24,000 bases of DNA from Pyrinomonadaceae bacterium. Its GTDB lineage: Bacteria > Acidobacteriota > Blastocatellia > Pyrinomonadales > Pyrinomonadaceae. Under the pieces are notes generated by a model. That model did no database searches. It worked only from the letters and a program-made list of their open reading frames with translations, and had not been told where the DNA came from. Position numbers and translations under genes: made by a program. Where the stretch lies: the NCBI GenBank assembly GCA_041745575.1, contig JBGTIQ010000069.1:29480-53479 (forward strand). Direction: 5' to 3'. Of the stretch, positions 7,615-15,134 are shown piece by piece. The first letter of the stretch is position 1. Each line of letters begins with the position of its first letter.

Positions 7615-7800
7615 CCGCCGCGTCAGCGGCGAAATGAGTTTAGCCGTGGCCTTCAGGTCACGTTAATTCATGATATTCGATTTCGTCGCGTCAGCGACGA
7701 TTGAACTATTCGCCATTTCAACCGTCGCTACGCGACGTATCCGATCTCGTTCGTACCGTGGCCTGAAGGCCACGGCTAAATTCATTTGCCCGCTACGCGG
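7615..7800. repeat. REP cluster 3 (composite unit, same orientation as clusters 1 and 2)
   Basis: The same module order as cluster 2 (CCGCCGCGTCAGCGGCG ... TTTAGCCGTGGCCTTCAGGTCACG ... CGTCGCGTCAGCGACG ... CCGTCGCTACGCGACG ... CCGTGGCCTGAAGGCCACGGCTAAATTCATTTGCCCGCTACGCGG). The hairpins are conserved and the spacers have diverged. Confidence 0.85.
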
Positions 7801-7907
7801 TCACTAATACGTTATGATCGCTCTCCCAGAAGACTGATCGCTTTTATCCTACACCTTACGAAGGCTGTACTTGCCATCTCCTCGAACCATCTTCATCCTA
7901 AATACAA

Positions 7908-9380
7908 ATGTCTGATCAATACGATCTCATCGTTATAGGAGGCGGATCGGCGGGGCTCGTCGCCGCCGGCGGGGCCGCGATCCTTGGAGCAAAGGTCGCT
8001 CTCGTTGAGCGCGATCGCCTCGGCGGTGATTGTCTTTATTCGGGGTGTGTTCCATCGAAAACCTTTATTCGTTCGGCGAAGTTTGCACACGAGATGCGCA
8101 ATGCGGATGGATACGGGTTTGAATCTTCGGAGGCGCGATTCCTCAACGATTCGTTCGCATCCGTTATCGAGCGCGTACAGCGCGTGATCGGCGTTGTCGA
8201 AAAGCGCGACGCACCCGAAGTGTTCGAAGAAATGGGCGTCGAGGTTATATTCGGAACCGCGAAATTCACAAGCCCGTACGAGATCGAAGTGGCCATGGAA
8301 GGAGGCAAATCAAAAACGCTAAAGGGAAAGCGGTTCTGCATCTCAACTGGTTCGCGGCCGTTTACGCCGCCGATCGACGGGCTCGAGCAGACTGGCTACA
8401 TCACAAACGAAGATGTCTTTCATATAAAGGCTCTGCCGAAGCGGCTCGTCGTTCTCGGTGGCGGCGCTATCGGCGTTGAGCTTGGCCAGGCGTTCGCACG
8501 TTTCGGATCGGATGTGACGATCGTCGAGATGGGCGACAGGATATTGTCGAAAGAAGAAACCGATGTGTCGTCGTCGATGGAGCAGATATTGAAAGCGGAA
8601 GGCCTGACAATTCTGACCGGTACTAAAGCTATCCGCGCCGCAAAGACCGAGAGCGGTGCCAAGTCGATCACAGTCGAATCGTCGGGGAAAGAGAAAACGA
8701 TTGAGGCTGACGAGATACTCGCCGCCGTCGGCCGCAAGCCGAACATCGACGATCTCGATCTGAAACGCGCAGGAGTCGAATTCGACGAGAAACAGGTCAA
8801 GACGAACGGCCTTCTCCAAACCTCGCAGAAACACATCTACGCCGCCGGCGACGTAACCGGTCACTTTCAGTTCACGCATATGGCCGATTACGAAGCTCGG
8901 ATCGTCATACAGAACGCTTTCGTCCCTTGGCCTTTCAAAAAGAAGGTAGATTTTCGAGTCGTGCCCTGGGCGACGTTTTCCGATCCCGAGATCGGCCGCG
9001 TCGGGATGACCGAGGCGGAGGCGCGAAAGAAGTTTGGCGAGGATGTCGCGATCCACGTGGTCCCACTCGATGCGAATGACCGCGCTCAGGCGAGCGGTTC
9101 GACGGACGGTTTTGTAAAGGTCGTTTCCCACCGTGGTCGGATCGTCGGTGCGACAATTGTCGCGAGCCACGCCGGCGAACTCATTCATGAATATGTCTGG
9201 GCCGTAAAAAACCGGCTCAAGGTCGCGCATCTCAACGAGATCATCCGCGTCTATCCGACGCTGTCAAAGATCACGCAAGAGGTCGGAACCGAGGCGACGC
9301 TCAAGACGTTGAAATCGCCGTTCGTCCAGAGATGGTTCGCGAGATACCTACGTGTCTGGCGCCGGGCGGTCGGATCGTGA
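7908..9380 (+). CDS. Class I pyridine nucleotide-disulfide oxidoreductase (dihydrolipoamide dehydrogenase / mercuric reductase-like), 490 aa
   Basis: FAD fold VIGGGSAG. Redox-active CxxxxC (GGDCLYSGCVPSK). NAD fold VVLGGGAIGVE. C-terminal dimerisation-domain His/Glu (SHAGELIHE). Confidence 0.85.
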   Translation: MSDQYDLIVIGGGSAGLVAAGGAAILGAKVALVERDRLGGDCLYSGCVPSKTFIRSAKFAHEMRNADGYGFESSEARFLNDSFASVIERVQRVIGVVEKRDAPEVFEEMGVEVIFGTAKFTSPYEIEVAMEGGKSKTLKGKRFCISTGSRPFTPPIDGLEQTGYITNEDVFHIKALPKRLVVLGGGAIGVELGQAFARFGSDVTIVEMGDRILSKEETDVSSSMEQILKAEGLTILTGTKAIRAAKTESGAKSITVESSGKEKTIEADEILAAVGRKPNIDDLDLKRAGVEFDEKQVKTNGLLQTSQKHIYAAGDVTGHFQFTHMADYEARIVIQNAFVPWPFKKKVDFRVVPWATFSDPEIGRVGMTEAEARKKFGEDVAIHVVPLDANDRAQASGSTDGFVKVVSHRGRIVGATIVASHAGELIHEYVWAVKNRLKVAHLNEIIRVYPTLSKITQEVGTEATLKTLKSPFVQRWFARYLRVWRRAVGS

Positions 9381-9403
9381 TCCATACGGAAAAAGAAGAG
9401 GGC

Positions 9404-10093
9404 GTGCGTCCCGTAATCATCGTGATGGCAAAGGTACCTCGAACGGGTGCCGTGAAAACGCGTCTCCAGCCGTTCCTCACCGCTGAACAATGTGCGAGCC
9501 TTGCCGAAGCATTCTTGAAAGACACGGTGCGGATGGCTGCGAGTATCTGCGATGACGTGATAGTCGCCTTTGATCCACCGAACGGGCGTGACGAGATCGA
9601 ACAAATTGTCGGCCCCGACGTGTCACTGATCCCACAGAATGGAACGGGGCTTGGCGAACGGCTCGACGGTGCGGTGCAGGAAATCGCGGATCTGAATTTT
9701 AGCCCCGTCCTCATTATCGGTACCGATAGCCCGACGCTGCCTTACGAGTTTCTCATCGATGCGATTGCGGCATTCGGCGAACCCGACACGGACCTTGTTC
9801 TCGGTGGCACAGAGGATGGCGGATATTATTTGATCGCGATGCGCGAGCAGATTCCTGGAATCTTCGATGAAATCCGTTGGAGTTCCGAGCACGTCTATCG
9901 AGACACGCTTGAGAGAGCTCAAACGCTCGGGCTAACACGTATAACCGAGCTTCCGCGTTGGTACGATGTCGATAATCCGCCGGACCTTGTCCGCATCCAA
10001 GAAGAGTTCGCAACCGACGAGTCACTCGCATCCCGGTGTCCGGACACCCACGCGTGGCTTGAAGAAAATCGCCTGAGTTTCGACGAGAGTTAA
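9404..10093 (+). CDS. DUF2064-type nucleotidyl/glycosyl-transferase-like protein (TIGR04282-like, the 'arsenosugar/rSAM-associated transferase 1' family as I recall it); alternative GTG start 9377 overlaps the upstream stop as GTGA
   Basis: N-terminus VRPVIIVMAKVPRTGAVKTRLQP... and the ...GTDSP... motif are typical of DUF2064. GAAGAGGG precedes the GTG at 9404. The ORF opens at 9332 inside the upstream gene. Confidence 0.7.
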   Translation: MRPVIIVMAKVPRTGAVKTRLQPFLTAEQCASLAEAFLKDTVRMAASICDDVIVAFDPPNGRDEIEQIVGPDVSLIPQNGTGLGERLDGAVQEIADLNFSPVLIIGTDSPTLPYEFLIDAIAAFGEPDTDLVLGGTEDGGYYLIAMREQIPGIFDEIRWSSEHVYRDTLERAQTLGLTRITELPRWYDVDNPPDLVRIQEEFATDESLASRCPDTHAWLEENRLSFDES

Positions 10094-10791
10094 TCGGGCG
10101 GTTTGGACGACCGCACAGGTTGATAGAGGTTGGCGAGACTGTCAGGGTGCACGCCGCACCAGAAAAGCACCTGAAGAAAAGACCATCGGGCAAACATCAT
10201 GGGAAAGCTGCGTCCCTCGAACCTTCGAGACGATGTGACCACTTTCGCTTCTAATGTTTTGAATTCTCCCTCGCGTCTGAGGCGATGAAGTAGATCGAGG
10301 TCCTCGAAAAGCGGTAGCGGTTTGAAGCCGCCGACCTTTTCGTAAACTCCCCGGCGGACAAAGATGCCCGAGTCCCCATACGCAAGACCGAGCCGGCCAA
10401 GCTTCGGATAAAGCCAACTCATAAAGCGTGCCGGCCGAGATATGCCGTCGAAGACGATCGTAAAATTGCCTCCGACTACAGACGCATCGGTCAGAGCATT
10501 CATCATCTGATCAACCGCGTCGTCGTCGGGAATCGTATCGGCGTGAACGAACCAGAGCACGCCTCCGGCCGCAGCATCTGCTCCAGCTCTAAGCTGAGCT
10601 CCTCGTCCTTTTTTTGAATGCACGACCCGTGCGCCGTGCTTCATGGCGATATCTGCGGTTCCATCGGAACTTTCTCCGTCTGCGACAATGATCTCCGCAT
10701 CCGGGCAACACCGCTGCAACGACTCGATCGTCGAGCGCAAGGAACGCTCCTCGTTGAACGTCGGGATTATTATCGATACCGTCGGAACCAA
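10090..10791 (-). CDS. Family 2 glycosyltransferase (TIGR04283-like, 'transferase 2' of the same system as I recall it), TTG start
   Basis: VSIIIPTFNEERSL... and ...ADGESSDGT... are GT2 signatures. A GAGGAG SD lies 5 nt upstream of the TTG. It follows the hydroxylase stop after a 16-nt gap. Confidence 0.8.
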   Translation of the reverse strand: MVPTVSIIIPTFNEERSLRSTIESLQRCCPDAEIIVADGESSDGTADIAMKHGARVVHSKKGRGAQLRAGADAAAGGVLWFVHADTIPDDDAVDQMMNALTDASVVGGNFTIVFDGISRPARFMSWLYPKLGRLGLAYGDSGIFVRRGVYEKVGGFKPLPLFEDLDLLHRLRREGEFKTLEAKVVTSSRRFEGRSFPMMFARWSFLQVLFWCGVHPDSLANLYQPVRSSKPPD

Positions 10792-10807
10792 AATATCTCC
10801 TCGTTGT

Positions 10808-11620
10808 TCAATTATCTGATGACGGGGTTGAACCTGAGTGGAAAGGAAGGGCGAGGATCGACTTCAAACCGACGTCGACCGCGAGATCGTCCCCTGGAGC
10901 TCCGATAACGATCGAACTTTGCGGGACGTCGGTCCGTATCGTGCCGTGCAAACGATCCCAGATCGTAAGCCCGCTCGACCAATTCGAGTCTGTTTCAGAA
11001 ACTTCGACTGAATGATGGATGCCGTGCAGCCGCGGCGTCATGATCAGCGAGCTTAACTTATTTTCGACTTGGAGCGGCAGCCTGAGATTGGAGTGGTGAA
11101 AAAGGATCGAGGGCAAAAGGAACGCCTGCCAGGCCTTGAAAGACGACGTTGAAACTCCGATGACGACGATCTGCGCCGATCTCCACACGATCGAGATCAA
11201 CAACTCGCCAAAGTGAAATCGGAGAGCGGTCGACGCGTCGAGGTCGCGGTCGGCGTGATGGACGACGTGAAATCGCCAAAGAAAAGGGACCTTATGCGTC
11301 AGCACGTGCCAGATGTACAGCGTGTAATCGAGCAAGATAACCGCCGCCGCGGCTTCAACCCATTTCGGAAGCGGCACGAGCTTTAAGATACCGACCTGAT
11401 GTTTCTCGACCCATCTCGTCAACCGATCCGTTATCGGCCTTTCAACCAGATAAAGAGAGCACGCAGCCAAGCCCGCGATGGCGAGATTTCTGCCGGTGCG
11501 TGTGGTTGTCGATTCGACAGGCTTTCGCAGCGGGCGTCGTCTCTCCATCACGACAAGCACCGCAAGTGCACCAATAGCCACGGGAACCGACAATGCCTTT
11601 ATTAATTTTGCGACGCCCAT
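10808..11620 (-). CDS. Fatty acid hydroxylase / sterol desaturase superfamily membrane di-iron enzyme (start taken at ATG 11620; the ORF opens at 11662)
   Basis: Histidine boxes HVLTH, HVVHH and HGIHH, with several TM segments. The ATG at 11618-11620 lies 1 nt after the arsS stop (11622-11624). Confidence 0.8.
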   Translation of the reverse strand: MGVAKLIKALSVPVAIGALAVLVVMERRRPLRKPVESTTTRTGRNLAIAGLAACSLYLVERPITDRLTRWVEKHQVGILKLVPLPKWVEAAAAVILLDYTLYIWHVLTHKVPFLWRFHVVHHADRDLDASTALRFHFGELLISIVWRSAQIVVIGVSTSSFKAWQAFLLPSILFHHSNLRLPLQVENKLSSLIMTPRLHGIHHSVEVSETDSNWSSGLTIWDRLHGTIRTDVPQSSIVIGAPGDDLAVDVGLKSILALPFHSGSTPSSDN

Positions 11621-11621
11621 T

Positions 11622-12629
11622 CTATGCTCCTGCAACCGCACCGCCGCACGACGAACCTGCACCGGCCGTGCAGCCGAAACAATGCTCGGCGGTCGTCACA
11701 TGTCGATTCTCGAGCTCCGCCATTTCGAAATCGAAGATCGTCTGCGGCCTGCCGCTCTCGATCGGCAGATCGAGCATCTGATTGAAATCGCAATCGTATA
11801 GTTTTCCGTTCCAGTCGACGCTGATCAGATTCCGGCACATCAATCCGGCAACCGTCTCTGGATTGAAGGCCGCAACAAGCTTTCGCATGTAAGATTCGGC
11901 GTTGCCCGATCGGTGCAGCCATTCGTCGAATCGGGCGATCGGCATGTTCGTGATCGTGAATAGATTGTCGAACACGATCTCGTAACGAGCACTCAGCTCG
12001 TGTTTGAAATCGGCTTCGATCGCGGCTTGCGGCGGCGGGAGAAAAGCTCCGACGGGATTATAGACAAGATCCAGCGTCAGATGTGCCTGACGTCCATACC
12101 CGACATCATTCAGCCGTCGAAGTGCCGAGATCGACTTGTCGAATACGCCGCGACCGCGCTGCGCGTCGGTCTGCTGCGCGAGAAAATACGGGAGACTCGA
12201 AACAAGAGCCACCTCGTTGCGGGCAAAAAACTCCGGAAGATCTTCGTGACCCGATTCGTGCATCACCGTCAGGTTATGTCGAACCATGACCTTCGCCCCG
12301 ATGCGCCGCGCCTCGGTTACGAGATATCGAAAATCGGGGATCAGCTCAGGTGCTCCGCCCGTGACGTCGAGCGTCGGGATCCGGTTTTTTTCTAATACCT
12401 GCAAACATGCGTCGACGACCTCGCGTCCCATGATCTCGGTCCGCGTCGGCGATGCGTCGACATGACAGTGCTTGCACGCCTGATTACACAATTTCCCGAC
12501 GTTGATCTGCAGCGTGCTGATCTCGTTCGAGCGAAGGACGCCGGTGTCGAGGTGATCGGCGAACGATCTCCGAGACGGAGCCATACGTGTTGTGCTTTCG
12601 CGTGGTATCTGAATCGTAGCAGTCGTCAT
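11622..12629 (-). CDS. arsS: Radical SAM / Cys-rich C-terminal domain protein, ArsS-like (arsenosugar biosynthesis radical SAM family, TIGR04167-like)
   Basis: CX3CX2C motif (CNQACKHC) near the N-terminus and a C-terminal Cys cluster (CFGCTAGAGSSCGG). It is translationally coupled to the upstream gene (TAAATG junction at 12627-12632) and sits next to an ArsM-like gene. Confidence 0.8.
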   Translation of the reverse strand: MTTATIQIPRESTTRMAPSRRSFADHLDTGVLRSNEISTLQINVGKLCNQACKHCHVDASPTRTEIMGREVVDACLQVLEKNRIPTLDVTGGAPELIPDFRYLVTEARRIGAKVMVRHNLTVMHESGHEDLPEFFARNEVALVSSLPYFLAQQTDAQRGRGVFDKSISALRRLNDVGYGRQAHLTLDLVYNPVGAFLPPPQAAIEADFKHELSARYEIVFDNLFTITNMPIARFDEWLHRSGNAESYMRKLVAAFNPETVAGLMCRNLISVDWNGKLYDCDFNQMLDLPIESGRPQTIFDFEMAELENRHVTTAEHCFGCTAGAGSSCGGAVAGA

Positions 12630-12959
12630 TTACATCGAGACCTTGTCGTGTGCGTTGTGCGACTGAATTCCATGGATCAGGCTGGCACCGCCGCGGATAG
12701 CAGATGCGAGATGCATCGCCTCGGTCATCTGCTCCATATTCGATCCGTTCTCGAGGCTCGAATTGGTGAACGCCTCGATGCAGTACGGGCATTGGACCGT
12801 GACGGCGACAGCAAGGCCGATCAACGCCTTTTCCCGACGCGAAAGCGCTCCTTCTTCCTGACAGGCCTGGTACCACGCCATGAATTTCTCGAACAAATGC
12901 GGCTGGTATTTTGCGATGTCGCCAAAGCGTTCAAGATCGTCTTCGTTGTAGTAGTGCAT
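12630..12959 (-). CDS. AhpD/carboxymuconolactone decarboxylase-family 'peroxidase-like' protein (start taken at ATG 12959; the longer ORF to 12995 would overlap arsM by 28 nt)
   Basis: CxxC motif in the AhpD-like context (VQCPYCIEAF), ~110 aa. This family is, to my knowledge, a recurrent neighbour of ArsS/ArsM. Confidence 0.75.
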   Translation of the reverse strand: MHYYNEDDLERFGDIAKYQPHLFEKFMAWYQACQEEGALSRREKALIGLAVAVTVQCPYCIEAFTNSSLENGSNMEQMTEAMHLASAIRGGASLIHGIQSHNAHDKVSM

Positions 12960-12967
12960 ATCGTGTT

Positions 12968-14122
12968 TCAGCAACAGCCCGTGTCCGGATCGCACGACGC
13001 CGCACCCGAAAGATCGGTCACGGCGTAATCCATGCCCTTGGTCTCACGCGGATGACGCTTTGCGTTGCGGCGGCAGTCGAATTCAATTGCATCTTCCGCC
13101 GAAATCGGCTCACGCGGCTCGATGCCGATGATGTCATTCGCGTACGGCTCGCGCGTGTAGATCTCGAACGTCTTTTCGCAAACGGCCATTCGCGCTCCGC
13201 GTTCGAGGATGTGCCCGTCATCGTCGATCACCTTCTTCCACGGACCATTGTAGATGACGGCCTGATTCCCTTCCCTGCATTCGCCTTGCTTGCCCTTATA
13301 GGCGACGATCGTCACCGATCGAAACTCGATGCCCCCGACGACTCGCCACGGTTTTTCGTCGCGCTTGACGACCTGCATTCCGTAAAAGCCGGCTCGCTCA
13401 AACGCCTCGATGAACGCATCTTCTCTGAACGCACCCGATATACAGCCGGACCATAGCTCGGGATCGTTCTGCAGATGCTCGGGGACATCCTCGTCGGAAA
13501 CGATGTCCGCGATCGCGACACGGCCGCCGCGTTTGAGCACGCGGAACATCTCGGCAAACATCTGCTCTTTGTCCTCCGGTTTTACCAGATTAAGAACGCA
13601 GTTCGAGAGGATCACGTCAAGGGATGCGTCGGCCACGAGCGGCCGCTCGCTTTTCGCTTTGACGATGAACGTCTCGTAATCGAAGAGGTCCGCCGTCGTT
13701 TGCAGCGGTATGCGCGACAGATATTCTTCGACAAGCGTTAGATCGAGCCTGAGGTCCTGGATCCGGCCATACCGAAATTCCACATTGGCATAACCGATGC
13801 GATCCGCCATCTCATCGCGATATTTGTTTGCAAGCGCGAGCATCTCGGTATTCGTATCGACGCCGATAACGCGTCCCGACGCTCCGACGATCTGCGACGC
13901 GATATAGCAGATCTTCCCGCCACCCGAGCCTAGATCAAGTACGGTATCCCCGGACCTGACAAACTGTGACGGATCGCCGCAGCCGTAGTCCCGCTCGATG
14001 ATCTCGTCGGGCAGGATCTTTAGAAACTTAGGGTCGTACTCCACCGGACAGCAGAGCGCGTCTTCTTTAAGTTTTGCGGCGGCTCCGTACCGTTCGCGGA
14101 CCGCGGTCTCGATCTCATGCAT
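12968..14122 (-). CDS. arsM: Arsenite S-adenosylmethionine methyltransferase, ArsM-like (384 aa)
   Basis: SAM-binding motif VLDLGSGGG. Cysteines in the positions expected for ArsM (N-terminal ALCCPVEYD, YGCGDP, SNCVLNL, WSGCISGA). C-terminal domain ending in a Cys-rich tail (SCDPDTGCC). Confidence 0.85.
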   Translation of the reverse strand: MHEIETAVRERYGAAAKLKEDALCCPVEYDPKFLKILPDEIIERDYGCGDPSQFVRSGDTVLDLGSGGGKICYIASQIVGASGRVIGVDTNTEMLALANKYRDEMADRIGYANVEFRYGRIQDLRLDLTLVEEYLSRIPLQTTADLFDYETFIVKAKSERPLVADASLDVILSNCVLNLVKPEDKEQMFAEMFRVLKRGGRVAIADIVSDEDVPEHLQNDPELWSGCISGAFREDAFIEAFERAGFYGMQVVKRDEKPWRVVGGIEFRSVTIVAYKGKQGECREGNQAVIYNGPWKKVIDDDGHILERGARMAVCEKTFEIYTREPYANDIIGIEPREPISAEDAIEFDCRRNAKRHPRETKGMDYAVTDLSGAASCDPDTGCC

Positions 14123-14224
14123 ACGTCTATTATAGACGATGCTCGATCCGAATCTTTTTATTCCCCGGGACTTCTCTTCATAATAACCCGTCGAACGTAT
14201 CGATCGTCAGATACTGGCTTTCAT

Positions 14225-14257
14225 ATGCAGATCCACGACTTTGTAATTCGCTTTGCG
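14225..14257 (+). pseudogene. 33-bp relic of the korA 5' end (ATG + 10 codons: MQIHDFVIRFA)
   Basis: 29/33 nt identical to 20562-20594 (ATGAAGATCAACGACTTTGTAGTCCGCTTTGCG) on the same strand. Similarity stops abruptly after codon 11. Confidence 0.7.
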
Positions 14258-14394
14258 TCCAGCCTTCCTCTCCAACCTGATTTCTGTCATTTTTGTAATT
14301 CGACTATAAGTGTGGGCTCGTAAAGTTATTTGAGCTCGAGGATATGACGACTCCCACAAGTGACACTTCAACCACGCTCGGTTGGGATATAACT

Positions 14395-14433
14395 AACGGC
14401 TCTGCCGCTTGGTGTGCGCAGCCGTCTTGGAAG
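14395..14433. repeat. Copy 3 of the ~45-nt pre-REP motif
   Basis: AACGGCTCTGCCGCTTGGTGTGCGCAGCCGTCTTGGAAG. It lies ~60 nt upstream of REP cluster 4. Confidence 0.5.
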
Positions 14434-14492
14434 ATTTAGACTGAATCCCTCGTCTGCGCCAAGTTTATAATGGCGGTAGACGCTCGGAGGGT

Positions 14493-14573
14493 CGCGTAGC
14501 GGCCGCATGCATTTAGCCGTGGCCTTCAGGCCACGGTTTTTCGACGACAGAGGTCCTGCCGCGTCAGCGGTAG
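14493..14573. repeat. REP cluster 4 (variant REP, left flank of RAYT2)
   Basis: CGCGTAGCGGCCGCATGCATTTAGCCGTGGCCTTCAGGCCACGG plus the hairpin CTGCCGCGTCAGCGGTAG. It ends 7 nt before the RAYT2 stop. Confidence 0.85.
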
Positions 14574-14579
14574 TTGGAA

Positions 14580-15032
14580 TCAATCGAAAACGTATTGCAG
14601 GTCGTACTCGATACCATGCAGTCTCAGAAGCGAGATATATTCCTCTTCGAAGGTCTCGTTATAGTGATGCTCTCGCTGGTTCTCGATATATCGAATGACG
14701 TCGGGAACTTGTGATTTGCTTACGGAGAATATGCCGTAGCCGTCCTGCCAGCTGAAATCGCTCAGGTTCGGGAATTCGTCGTGAATCCACTTGGAGGAGC
14801 CACCTTTTAGCCACATTGGAATCTTACACGGAGGAACGACCGGCTTCGCCATAACAAGTCCGTGAACATGATTCTCGATACCGCCAACTCTCAAAGAAGT
14901 TACGTCGTGTTTCCGCGCGATTCCGCCCATGTAGTCCCAAACACGTTCTTCGATCTCTTGGTGAATAAAGTTACGCCGTTCTTTTGTACTAAAGACAATG
15001 TGGTAGAAGAGCTGGGAGTACGTGTTTGCCAT
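14580..15032 (-). CDS. REP-associated tyrosine transposase (RAYT), intact, 150 aa
   Basis: MANTYSQLFYHIVFSTK..., HUH motif NHVHGLV, and the C-terminal catalytic-Tyr motif RYIENQREHH. It is flanked by REPs in inverted orientation. By-eye identity to the 7159-7609 copy is roughly 70 percent. Confidence 0.9.
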   Translation of the reverse strand: MANTYSQLFYHIVFSTKERRNFIHQEIEERVWDYMGGIARKHDVTSLRVGGIENHVHGLVMAKPVVPPCKIPMWLKGGSSKWIHDEFPNLSDFSWQDGYGIFSVSKSQVPDVIRYIENQREHHYNETFEEEYISLLRLHGIEYDLQYVFD

Positions 15033-15051
15033 CGTCGCAGATTCCGTTCAT

Positions 15052-15134
15052 CTGCCGCTGACGCGGCAGAATCACTGTGATACTTTGACCGTGGCCTAAA
15101 AGGCCACGGCTAAATGCGTGCGGCCGCTACGCGG
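15052..15134. repeat. REP cluster 5 (variant REP, right flank of RAYT2; reverse complement of cluster 4)
   Basis: CTGCCGCTGACGCGGCAG plus CCGTGGCCTAAAAGGCCACGGCTAAATGCGTGCGGCCGCTACGCGG. Confidence 0.85.

Noticed and set aside
5965-7800. Possible CRISPR array, because of many short repeated palindromes
   Set aside because: The repeats occur in both orientations and are of several different types. They lack regularly sized unique spacers, and they flank IS200-like Y1 transposase homologues. This is REP/BIME architecture. No cas genes are present.
8343-9230. 295-aa minus-strand ORF (and 8420-8836) inside the flavoprotein disulfide reductase gene
   Set aside because: It is antisense to a CDS with unambiguous FAD/NAD/CxxxxC motifs and has no recognisable motifs of its own. 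It is a shadow ORF.
11622-12629. Possible selenocysteine recoding in the ArsS-like gene (the family includes selenoproteins)
   Set aside because: The ORF is uninterrupted and the C-terminal motif positions are all Cys codons (CFGCTAGAGSSCGG). No in-frame TGA or downstream SECIS-like hairpin was seen.
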